Source of the DNA: Candidatus Bathyarchaeota archaeon
GTDB taxonomy: Archaea > Thermoproteota > Bathyarchaeia > Bathyarchaeales > Bathycorpusculaceae
Direction of reading: 5' to 3'
DNA: 64,000 nucleotides
Assembly (NCBI GenBank): GCA_963715865.1
Contig: OY970280.1
Location: forward strand, 1,696,001 to 1,760,000
Positions 36,078-45,089 of this stretch are shown here, in pieces (the first letter of the stretch is position 1; every line of letters starts with the position of its first letter). The notes beneath the pieces are model-generated. The model was not told the origin of the DNA, ran no database searches, and saw nothing but the letters and a program-made list of their open reading frames with translations. The position numbers were made by a program, and so were the translations under genes.

Positions 36078-36421
36078 AAAGAAGCTCAGCGCAACCCCGT
36101 ATAAGCAACCATAGAATAGACAAAGTTGAATGCGGAAACTAAGTATCGGGGAAAAGTCTCGATTTCTATGCCACTTCTTAGATTGCGCTAAAAATAGCTA
36201 AATGAATGCTGGGTGAATTATCATATGAGTCGCACTTTTTAGAGCCGCTTTTCTTGGTTTGGATTTATCAGCGCTCGCCTCCTCTCTAGTCATAAGATTT
36301 GTCCTTGAGAATCGATTCGTAGTCTTACTTATAGAAAAGAACAGAAAAAGAAAACACAGAAAAGCTCACCACTGGCACGAGTTCAAATCTTTGTCACTCT
36401 TAGAAGATGAAAAAAACAAAA

Positions 36422-36481
36422 AATAGGGGAATTGCGGGTGACATCTCCATTGTAGGCGGGGTTCAAATCCCCCCCGGTCCA
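36422..36481 (+). repeat. att-like repeat R1 (arm motif plus 24-bp tRNA-Ala 3' end)
   Basis: 36458-36481 identical to 35539-35562. Confidence 0.92.
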
Positions 36482-36671
36482 TTGTGCGGCTTGAACCCAA
36501 CACGGTTCAAATCCCATAGAGACTAGAACTATTTTGGGTTCAGAACTGATTAGATTCAAGATGTACATTTCAAGTTCCGGGTTTTTCCACTTGTCCTAAT
36601 CGCTTGTTAAGCAAAGCTTTATTCGTTGTTCCACTCATAAATTCTGTTATCACATTCATGGAGGCGAATTC

Positions 36672-36842
36672 ATGGCAAAATGTAAAACATGCGGAACAGA
36701 AGCTGCTTCACCGAGGAAGAAATGGGTTATGGCAGGTAGAGCCGACAAAACAGGAAAGAAAACCCAGTTGGAAATTGGACTTTTCGACTGCGCAAAATGC
36801 AAAAAAACCTTCCGCGCTACCCTAAGCAAAAAGAAGATCTAA
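36672..36842 (+). CDS. Cren7-like chromatin protein with two CxxC pairs
   Basis: MAKCKTCG...KKWVMAGR...EIGLFDCAKCKKTFR resembles Cren7 (KVW...KIGLF...KYFR); GGAGG SD. Confidence 0.72.
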   Translation: MAKCKTCGTEAASPRKKWVMAGRADKTGKKTQLEIGLFDCAKCKKTFRATLSKKKI

Positions 36843-36923
36843 GACTGCTTGAAACTGACAGCACATCAAATCACTCCGTCTTAACTTTAAGAATCCATTT
36901 TCCTTTAGGATTGCCGTCTAAAT

Positions 36924-37097
36924 CTACCCCCTGCCCTTTAACACTTTAAATTCGCCCTGTTTCAAACCCAAATTTTGCATGGCGTATTCTGTTGCTTCTT
37001 TAATCGTACAGAATCCAGCTGGTTTCTTTGCCTCGGTCTTAGTAAATCCCCATTCTGGCGGAACTAAACTGTCTATCTGCAAAACTCTTAATCTCAT
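36924..37097 (-). CDS. Hypothetical protein, 57 aa
   Basis: Strong GGAGGTGA SD; MRLRVLQIDSLVPPEWGF... Confidence 0.6.
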   Translation of the reverse strand: MRLRVLQIDSLVPPEWGFTKTEAKKPAGFCTIKEATEYAMQNLGLKQGEFKVLKGRG

Positions 37098-37353
37098 TCC
37101 TCTCTCACCTCCTCAAGGAAAATAGCGAAATATTCTTTGACGCGACCGTCTCGTTACTTGATGTCTTCGCTCCAGCCATTATAGAATGGAAATCGCTGTT
37201 AAAGCTTGCTTATCCCCCTAAAAAGTCTCCTTCAAGCCAATTTTATGTATCAGAGAAAAATAGGGAACGCGCGGGAAGCTTCTATACACTGGCAACGTAA
37301 GGCTTTTGTGAAGGGTATTTAGGCATCCGCTACACTATAAGAAGCGATGTTTA

Positions 37354-37914
37354 ATGCCGAAGACTAAAGCCATAATAAACATTCAGAACGTTGTTGCTTC
37401 GGCCACTTTAAATCAGAAAGTTGACTTAAACGCGATTGCGAAGAGTTATCCAACCGCAGAATATCGTCCGGACCAGTTTCCCGGATTAGTGTTTAGGCTT
37501 AAGAGACCGAAGACGGCTACGTTGATTTTTGGCTCTGGTAAAATGGTTTGTACAGGAGCAAAATCGGGAAAGGAATCCCGCAGAGCAATCATGAAAGTTG
37601 TTAAAGAACTAAAAAAGAATGGAATAATCATTATTAGCAAGCCGGACTTGAAGGTTGTGAACATCGTTGCTTCTGCAAGTCTAGGCGGAAAGGTAGATTT
37701 GGAGGAGACAGTTTCCACGCTTAGAAACACGATGTATGAGCCGGAGCAGTTTCCAGGCTTGGTCTACAGGATGGACGAGCCTAAGGTGGTCATGCTGATA
37801 TTTGCAAGCGGGAGCCTTGTTTGTGCCGGCGCGAATAAAGAACAGGACGTTTATGACGCAGTGCATAAGCTTCATGAAATATTGGAGGAACAAAACCTCA
37901 TATTCTACGAATAA
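37354..37914 (+). CDS. tbp: TATA-box-binding protein
   Basis: Two repeats NVVAS...YxPxQFPGLVxR...LIFxSG. Confidence 0.97.
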   Translation: MPKTKAIINIQNVVASATLNQKVDLNAIAKSYPTAEYRPDQFPGLVFRLKRPKTATLIFGSGKMVCTGAKSGKESRRAIMKVVKELKKNGIIIISKPDLKVVNIVASASLGGKVDLEETVSTLRNTMYEPEQFPGLVYRMDEPKVVMLIFASGSLVCAGANKEQDVYDAVHKLHEILEEQNLIFYE

Positions 37915-38055
37915 AACTTCATATGTTAATCGCCTTCGTTTGTGCATTCCTTATCGTAGTAAAGCAGAACACGCTTGTACCCGAAAACAATGGAAAGTGA
38001 ACATATGCCTGATCTAACTCATAATACTTTTAAGAGCAAATACGCGCGCAAATCG

Positions 38056-38709
38056 TTAAGCCTCCACAGCGGGTGAATCCGTTGGAGTAATTTGTGATTC
38101 GAAGTCTTCGACGTTGGTGAGGAGTCCTCTTGTTCCAATGCTTAATTGCCTTTCCCCTCTGAAGAGAGAGGCTCGAGCGTTCTCAATTCGAACTGTATCC
38201 CCCACGGAGACACAGCCTATCTGCTCATTCCACAAACAAAGTCTGATAGTTCCCGTCTCATCCCCAATCACTGCTTTAGACACGCTTGCATAGTTGCCAT
38301 ACCTAGTAATAACACGCCTTGGTTCTGCAACCTCCAAGATTTTAGCCTTCAAACTAACGTGGTTCATCCCAGACCGCACATCTCTGATGGAGCGACCCTG
38401 GGCCTTACGCCTCTTCCTAGAAAGATATCTAAGAATCGTGTCGGTTTCCAAGAATTTTCCAAGCGGATTATTTCTCTCCAACAGAAACTCTTCAGGGACC
38501 CGAAATTGCGCAAGGACTCCAACATCATTGGTCATCAAAAAGATTTTTTTTGCGTTTATCTCACCGCGGCACTCGATTGAAATGGGGCCACAGCTGGATT
38601 TCCTGTTTTCTCCAGCTTTGACCAGTGCGCTAAAAAACTCTTCAGGGTCAACTTCATGTTTTACTGAAAGAAAAGCAAGATATGGCCCCATTGACCGTTT
38701 ATGTCTCAA
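38056..38709 (-). CDS. OB-fold single-stranded DNA-binding (RPA/SSB-like) protein with N-terminal extension
   Basis: IGDETGTIRLCLW...GDTVRIENA...GERQLSIG. Confidence 0.85.
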   Translation of the reverse strand: MRHKRSMGPYLAFLSVKHEVDPEEFFSALVKAGENRKSSCGPISIECRGEINAKKIFLMTNDVGVLAQFRVPEEFLLERNNPLGKFLETDTILRYLSRKRRKAQGRSIRDVRSGMNHVSLKAKILEVAEPRRVITRYGNYASVSKAVIGDETGTIRLCLWNEQIGCVSVGDTVRIENARASLFRGERQLSIGTRGLLTNVEDFESQITPTDSPAVEA

Positions 38710-38749
38710 GGTTCTTCATCCTTTTCACTTTTCATAATGCGAGATAATT

Positions 38750-38990
38750 ATGCTCTCTCAACCAGTCTGACCCGTTTCGTCTATACCGCCAAGTGATTTC
38801 GTCTTGCTCGTCCGTCGGAGAGCATTCAGGTTTTGGCTCCAAACAAGCAAAGGGATAGGATGGCAAAGAACGCTCGAACCGTATTCGAGGCAAATGAAGT
38901 GGCGCGTCTAGATCAGAGAAAGCGACGTCGTCTTGGTTTTTCCACGGGATTTTCAATCGGACAGCAGAAGACCAAAACACGCCGCGCCTT
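38750..38990 (-). ncRNA. Candidate structured leader RNA upstream of the SSB gene
   Basis: Several stems plus mutually exclusive pairings of TGCTC (local GAGCA versus distal GAGAGCAT). Confidence 0.4.
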
Positions 38991-39026
38991 AATGGTTACA
39001 TAGCGCTCATATTTCGCAAGGTATTC

Positions 39027-39314
39027 CTACTCTTTTGTAAGCATTATTTCAATCGTTGAAACCATCCGCGCTCTAGTTTCGCCCTCTCTCGGCGGCATCT
39101 CCTCTGTTCCTATCGCGATTTTGCTTACTTTCAGGTCTTTTAGGAAGCGGTTTCTCGCTATTTCAGCTGCGTCAACAGCTGTAGTTATTGCTTTTCCTCT
39201 GGCCTTCAAGGTTATACCTTTAGCATTGCTCGCCGATAGGCCTGTAATTATCGCTAGAACATAGTCCATTGGCATTTTACTTCCAACGAAAACAATTCCC
39301 GATTTTTCAACCAT
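39027..39314 (-). CDS. albA: Second Alba paralogue
   Basis: Close paralogue of 32175-32465; same TTTATAAGGAAG promoter core. Confidence 0.95.
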   Translation of the reverse strand: MVEKSGIVFVGSKMPMDYVLAIITGLSASNAKGITLKARGKAITTAVDAAEIARNRFLKDLKVSKIAIGTEEMPPREGETRARMVSTIEIMLTKE

Positions 39315-40285
39315 TTTTCATCACCATTTAATCATAACGCTACTCCCCTATACTACGCAACCTTCCTTATAAAGCGATTAAACAACAGAGCATCCTGAGG
39401 ATGTTTCAGTGCGGCTCCCTTATCTTAGATTCTGGTTTTAGACACGGCACGCACATTGTGGATTTGTTTGATAAGCGTGTTTTGGCTGTGTTTAAGGAAT
39501 AAAAACCATTTACACCAATTTAGCAACGCGTGGCACGCTTCAGTATTCTTCCTTCTTCCAGATGTTGTATGGGCACTGTCTCCAACAGTATGTGCTTGCC
39601 TTGTAAATACAATTCTCACATTCGAGCCTGTCAAACCACCGTCTACGTCTGCTCACTGGCAGCGCCCTCCATACTCTTCTATACTGCCTTCCTCATTAAG
39701 TCTTGGATTGCGCCAGTTATTCCGTCAGGATAAAATGTATTCATAACCTTCTGAACGAACCCTCTTCAGGTAGAAGCTTATAGCCTCTTTTGTACATGAA
39801 ATTGTCCGAGAAGCATTTTGCCAAACGCGAGTGCACGTATGCCTGTTCCGAAATTGGAAAAAATTGTTTCCATTCGTGGGATTAAAAGGCAGCTTTTGGC
39901 TTCGTATCTGGTTTTAATTTCCTTGGAGAAACCGTCCTTCCCAAACTTGCAAAAGAATCCGAGAACGAAATTAAAACCACTTTTAGCCATTTAGGAACAA
40001 TCATCCGCGCTTTAACTGCAAAGTATAAAGTTAGAAACCTTGCATTTAGTAATTTATTCTACATTAGTGGAATAATGTAGAACCAGTAAAATCCTTGGAA
40101 GATAACCATTATACAGAAGGCGAAATCATGGGCGATCACCGATGCGAGAATTGCGGGAAGGTAGAAAATTCTAGTTGAGCGCTGGGATGATATAGGAGAT
40201 GGCTTCGGCGAATCAAGAAAAGCGCGGTTCTAATTCACAAAGCGTATATCCATGATAGTTGTAATTTATGCAGAAAGGTTTCGAT

Positions 40286-40579
40286 ATGAGACGGTCCAAG
40301 CTTGAAATGTACGTGGATATCCTTAAGGTTCTTGCGTAGCGTGGTCCATTGAAGCTAACTCACATAATGTACAAGGCTAACGTGAACTGCAAAGTGCTGA
40401 AGGAATACTTAGACTTCCTAGTCGGTCACGGCTTGGTTGAAGAAAGAATTGTGGGGAAGCGAAGAGTGGTTTACGCAACTACTCAGCGCGGCGTAACGGT
40501 TCTGAAATACTTCAGAGAACTGGAACAAGTGCTTCCTATAGTGGAAGAAGCCAGAAACGGCATGTTTGTTCCTTTTTGA
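40286..40579 (+). pseudogene. HTH_45-like winged-helix regulator with in-frame TAG at codon 18
   Basis: MRRSKLEMYVDILKVLA*RGPLKLTHIMYKANVN... Confidence 0.8.
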
Positions 40580-40673
40580 CTTCCGTCTAAGTAAAGCGTG
40601 CACGCAAAGTTGTGGCTTTTTTGTTGGCTCTTGTTTTAGGAGGATTTTTCAGTTAAGGGTTCCGCCCCCTTTT

Positions 40674-40700
40674 GGGTTCAAATCCCCCCCGGCCCCACCA
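40674..40700 (+). repeat. tRNA 3'-end-like repeat R2
   Basis: GGGTTCAAATCCCCCCCGGCCCCACCA. Confidence 0.7.
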
Positions 40701-41124
40701 CAACAATCCAAACCCAATTCGCGGATCATATTATTTGGTGCTTTCTGAACAATTTGACCACCTTAAATTCGTATATGAACTCAAAATCAGCATCTATTTA
40801 GGTCCAGATGCTTTCTTTTTGTTTCTTGCTTTTGTCGGGAAATAATAGGGGCTTTTTCCACTGGAAATTGCACACTATTAGTTGGCGTAATCCTTTTTTC
40901 ATTCTTTTTATTGTAGCGAAATCTTTAGCCAAGAAGTTTGAGCAGACTGGCGTAAGTTTGACGGCGTCAATGGAATAATCTGAAGACGATATGTGAATCA
41001 TTTAGAGATAGTTTTCATTTCATCTTAATTATTATTTTGGGTCATGATTTCGGGGTCATAATTGTTTTATTAATTTAACGTCACAAAGGAGTAATATATT
41101 TAGGAAAGATATGGTTGGAATTAT

Positions 41125-42423
41125 ATGCGGATTGGATTCTTCGTTTGGGAGTATCCTCCTTCAATTGTTGGAGGTCTGGGCACTTACGCGGAAAACATAA
41201 CGCGTGAATATGTTTCTATGGGGCATGATGTAACCCTTTTTACGCTCAATCCCGGCAACTTAAAAACAAGAGAAGTTATAAGGGGCGTAGAAGTTCATAG
41301 ACCACTTATTTCGGATGCAAGTAATGTTTTTCCAATGTTTGTAGTGGATGACTTAAAAAAATGGGGAACAAACATCCGCATGTTCAATGACATTTTCACC
41401 TACAACATTTTGAGTGCATCAAAATTCATAAACAGCATGCTGAAAAAGGAAAACTGCAATTTCGACGTCGTTTGCGTGCACGACTGGCTAAGCAGTATAG
41501 CTGGGATTATGGTTAAGAACGAAACGAAAATCCCAGTTGCGTTTCATGTCCATAGTACAGAATGGGGAAGAAGCGGAGGGTCAGGTTCTGGAGTTGTTTC
41601 TCATTTTGAATGGGCAACAGCTGAAAAAGCAGACAGAATCTTGACTGTGAGTCATGCTATGAGGGAAGATTTAGTGAAGCACGGTTGGTCAAGTTCTAAA
41701 ATAAGCGTTGTTTGGAATGGCGTAGATAGCGAACGATACAATTTAAAGAAATGCAAGACTGAAGAGATAGAAGCTATTCGAGAAAGATACGGCATCAAAT
41801 CAGACGAAAAAATGATACTCTTTTTAGGTAGGCTAACGTGGGTGAAAGGGGTCATGAACCTCGTTCAGGCGATGCCTATGATCTTGGCTGAATATCCAAA
41901 AGCAAAACTAGTAATTTTGGGCAAAGGAGAACAACAAAATGACATCATTGAAACCGCACGTAGACTTGGAATAGCAAAAAACGTCGTTTGCAGATTTGAT
42001 TTTGTGCCAGAAAAAGATCGTATCCTACATTACGCTGCATCTGACTTGTGTATCTTTCCTTCAACATATGAACCCTTTGGCATAGTGAGCCTAGAAGCTA
42101 TGTCAATGGAAAAGCCAATAGTTGTGGGTGCCCACGGCGTGGTCGGCTTCAGAGAACAAGTCATGCCCGATGGTCCTGACAAAAATGGTGTACACGTAAA
42201 TGGGGAGAGCCCAAGCGATATCGCATGGGGGATAAAAGAAATATTGTGTGACGATAACAGGGCTAAACAATGGGGCAAAAACGGAAGAAAACGGGTTTTA
42301 CAATATTTCCAGTGGAGAAAAGTTGCAGAACAAACGTTGCAAATATACGAGCGACTCCAGCGCCCAGATGAACAAGATGAACAGGTAACTTTCGGATTAG
42401 TTGAAAAACCATTTGTCTCATAA
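41125..42423 (+). CDS. GT4 glycosyltransferase (glycogen synthase-like)
   Basis: EYPP..VGGLG, HDWLS, EPFGIVSLEAM. Confidence 0.9.
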   Translation: MRIGFFVWEYPPSIVGGLGTYAENITREYVSMGHDVTLFTLNPGNLKTREVIRGVEVHRPLISDASNVFPMFVVDDLKKWGTNIRMFNDIFTYNILSASKFINSMLKKENCNFDVVCVHDWLSSIAGIMVKNETKIPVAFHVHSTEWGRSGGSGSGVVSHFEWATAEKADRILTVSHAMREDLVKHGWSSSKISVVWNGVDSERYNLKKCKTEEIEAIRERYGIKSDEKMILFLGRLTWVKGVMNLVQAMPMILAEYPKAKLVILGKGEQQNDIIETARRLGIAKNVVCRFDFVPEKDRILHYAASDLCIFPSTYEPFGIVSLEAMSMEKPIVVGAHGVVGFREQVMPDGPDKNGVHVNGESPSDIAWGIKEILCDDNRAKQWGKNGRKRVLQYFQWRKVAEQTLQIYERLQRPDEQDEQVTFGLVEKPFVS

Positions 42424-42846
42424 GTGTCTTCCCGTTTCTGCTTATCCAAATCAAACAAGCATGCGTGTTCACTTTTCCCTTTTCCAAGGTTGCCCCGAAC
42501 AGAAGCGCGTCTTCAATCTGAGCCCAAATTGTAACCATGACAACTCATTGTCCAACGGAACCAATTTAACATATGCAAATCCAAAGCAGAAAAAATGCAG
42601 ATTTCACGGATTTTTTCCCGAAAGGCAAAACCCCGCCCTTCCCGCCTCAACTCCAGTTGTTCCCCAAAAAAATAACTAAAATTCGAGCACTTCACGTTTT
42701 CTGCCCTACTGCACTAGATGCACAAGTTGCAAACAACCATTCCAAATCTCATAACATGGAGGAAGAATTTCTAATCCATATTTGGCATTCACAAATCTAA
42801 TTTATTTCCATAAGTTCTTAGATATGATTGATAATGGGCGATAAAA

Positions 42847-43800
42847 ATGCACAGTAGTCTTAGGCAGGAGCGCAAAACAGCGCTACAATTGGATGAAACG
42901 CCCGCTGTTGTTAAAGCAACGGCTGATACTAGAGAGTCTTTCTGCAAGATGCTTGGGGAAGCTATTGACGAGGCATTTTCTTCTCTAGGTGAACCTACAA
43001 GAAAAGCAATATACATTCATCTGAAAAACTCGTTTGGGATTGCGAAGCGCGAAATTCCGTACAGGATCAATGATTTTTCAGATGCGCTCGAGAAAATTTT
43101 TGGACCAAGCGCCAGAAACCTGGAGATTATCTGTATAAAAAACATTCAAGCCAAAGCTAGAATTGACTACAAGTGGGATTTGCCCGAATCGAGTGGGTCC
43201 GAATTGACGTTTGAAGAATACATACGCATCGTTAAGCAGAACTATAAACAGCAAGAAAGCTATCAACGAGCGGAATCAAAGAGTAGCTCCGCCGAGAAAA
43301 AACGGGTAACTCCAGTGGCTCAAGAAAAAACAGATGAAAACAAAGTTACGTTAAAGGCTGTTAACGTGATGGTCAAGAAAGTAATTACGGTAGATGAAAA
43401 AGCGTCGGTCAAAGAAGCAGCTGACACAATGAATCAGTTCGAGATAGGCTCCGTAATTACCACCAGAAAAGGGGAGCCTATAGGCATAATTACTGAGCGA
43501 GACCTTTTGAAACGCATAGTCTCCGAGGGCAGAAACGTAAAAAAGACTAGAGTTAAAGAAATTATGTCAAGTCCATTGGTCGTTATTTCACCCAACACAG
43601 ACTTAGAAGAAGCGGCACGCTTGATGTTCGAGATGAAGATAAAGAAGCTGCCAGTAACCGAACAGAACCGCTTGGTGGGCTTGGTCAGTCTAACAGACAT
43701 AGCCCGCGCTCAGCCGATGATAAAATTCCTGCAAAAACTTGCCGCGACGCAATATACGCCGAAAAGCATACAGAAAGTCTTAAATTGCTACATTGTTTAG
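42847..43800 (+). CDS. NitrOD5/DUF3227-like domain fused to a CBS pair
   Basis: EAIDEAFSSLG...IPYRINDFSDALEKIFG, then two CBS motifs. Confidence 0.75.
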   Translation: MHSSLRQERKTALQLDETPAVVKATADTRESFCKMLGEAIDEAFSSLGEPTRKAIYIHLKNSFGIAKREIPYRINDFSDALEKIFGPSARNLEIICIKNIQAKARIDYKWDLPESSGSELTFEEYIRIVKQNYKQQESYQRAESKSSSAEKKRVTPVAQEKTDENKVTLKAVNVMVKKVITVDEKASVKEAADTMNQFEIGSVITTRKGEPIGIITERDLLKRIVSEGRNVKKTRVKEIMSSPLVVISPNTDLEEAARLMFEMKIKKLPVTEQNRLVGLVSLTDIARAQPMIKFLQKLAATQYTPKSIQKVLNCYIV

Positions 43801-43849
43801 CGCAATGCAATTGTTAGTGCCCCAGCCCGCTGAGGAAGCGCGCGCTCTT

Positions 43850-44170
43850 CTATTGGTTCACCCTTCGCCAGCGAAGTTGAACCTGTACTCTCTTGATGTA
43901 GCCCTGTTTTTCCAAGGAAATTAGACTGCGGTGAACTGAAGTATATTCCTTTGATTTGTACTCTATGATTTTGCCAAAAATCATCTCGGCAATTTCCTTG
44001 GTTGCCATGTCAGGTTTTATCTTTAGCATTTCCAAAATTCTTTTTTGGTTTTTAGAGAGACCAGCCAAATTCTGCAGCACGCTCTTGAGAGCTTCAATTG
44101 TTTTGTCAAAATTTAAATCTTTAACGCGCACTATAACTGCAGTTCTGATGGCTAGAATATAACAAAACAT
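43850..44170 (-). CDS. Winged-helix protein
   Basis: KRILEMLK...KEIAEMI...VHRSLISLEKQGYI. Confidence 0.65.
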   Translation of the reverse strand: MFCYILAIRTAVIVRVKDLNFDKTIEALKSVLQNLAGLSKNQKRILEMLKIKPDMATKEIAEMIFGKIIEYKSKEYTSVHRSLISLEKQGYIKRVQVQLRWRRVNQ

Positions 44171-44310
44171 GAAATATATACGAAGCGCGCATGGTATTGT
44201 GCAAATCCCTTAACGAAATAAATATTTAACTTCGCGCTTGCACCTTAATTAAGGGCACCCGCTACTCGGATAAAAATTCATGCAAATCCAATAGGACCCA
44301 ACAAAAAAAT

Positions 44311-44372
44311 GGGGATTTGCGGGTGACATCTCCACTGTAGACGGGGTTCAAATCTCGCCCGGTCCACTTCAA
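44311..44372 (+). repeat. att-like repeat R3
   Basis: Shares about 55 bp with R1 and CCACTTCAA with the tRNA flank. Confidence 0.9.
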
Positions 44373-44467
44373 CAACACCAGTAATCTAGTAAGAATTCAT
44401 GATGTTGTCAATTTTCAAATGCGTTCCAATCCTGTAACAAGGCTTTAGTAACCGTTTATCCATAACA

Positions 44468-44698
44468 TTGTCTGGTGATGTGGTGAAATTCGGTGTTGTA
44501 GTCGAAAAAGATGAAGATGGCTATTATGTTGCGTCCGTTCCCGAGTTGCCCGGTTGCCACACCCAAGCTAAAACTCTTGATGAAGTAATGAAGAGAATTA
44601 AAGAGGCCATTCAACTTTGCTTGGAAGTCGAAGGAACGAAAGGCAAGGGACGGAACGAACTCGTGGGAGTCCAGTTTGTAGAAGTTCAAGCTGAATGA
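44468..44698 (+). CDS. hicB: HicB-family antitoxin
   Basis: YVASVPELPGCHTQAKTLDE. Confidence 0.92.
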   Translation: MSGDVVKFGVVVEKDEDGYYVASVPELPGCHTQAKTLDEVMKRIKEAIQLCLEVEGTKGKGRNELVGVQFVEVQAE

Positions 44699-44924
44699 GC
44701 TTAAAGCCTCAACCAGCTAAGAAAATAATTAAAGTGCTCTCCAAGTTGGGTTTTGAAGTTGTAAGAAAACGAGGCAGTCATGTTATCCTGAAGCATGCTG
44801 ATGGAAGGCTGACTGTGGTTCCAGTTCATGCAGGAGAGGAAAAGGCTCTGGGCTGCTAAATAAGATAATTAAGGACACGGGACTATCGAAAGAGGAATTC
44901 ATCAAGTTATTAGAAACTGCCTGA
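44695..44924 (+). pseudogene. hicA: HicA-family toxin, 1-nt deletion near 44842
   Basis: RKRGSHVIL...VVPVH then a frame switch to GSGLLNKIIKDTGLS. Confidence 0.85.
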
Positions 44925-44967
44925 CTGACTCAAATTCAACTTGTTACACTTTTGCATCCAGACATGA

Positions 44968-45046
44968 AAAAATTGAATCCGCGGAGGTAATCTCCGCTTG
45001 CGTGGGGGGCTCAAATCCTCCCGGTTCACTTCAACATTATTTTCAA
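44968..45046 (+). repeat. att-like repeat R4 (outer island boundary)
   Basis: GCGGAG-GTAAT-CTCCGC hairpin, degenerate T-arm/acceptor, 45027-45046 matches 35561-35580 at 18/20. Confidence 0.8.
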
Positions 45047-45089
45047 CCACCCTGATAATTTTTGCTTGATACTTCTATTTTCTTCACAG

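Larger units (their letters stand above)
35563..45046. mobile_element. Integrase-less composite island at tRNA-Ala, delimited by four tRNA 3'-end copies
   Basis: Copies at 36458, 40674, 44343 and 45004; the outermost copy also shares 18/20 bp of tRNA downstream flank. Confidence 0.75.

Noticed and set aside
36377-36520. Additional att copies at GAGTTCAAATCT (~36378) and GGTTCAAATCCC (~36504)
   Set aside because: Only the T-loop heptamer and a few bases match; too short to support.
36383-36568. SSV-type split integrase fragment reading through R1
   Set aside because: The ORF is short, ends 30 codons after the core and has no tyrosine recombinase motifs.
40640-40700. Complete tRNA (Arg/Pro-like) at R2
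   Set aside because: An AAGGG/CCCTT hairpin precedes the T-arm, but no D-arm or 5' acceptor strand can be folded; treated as a scar.
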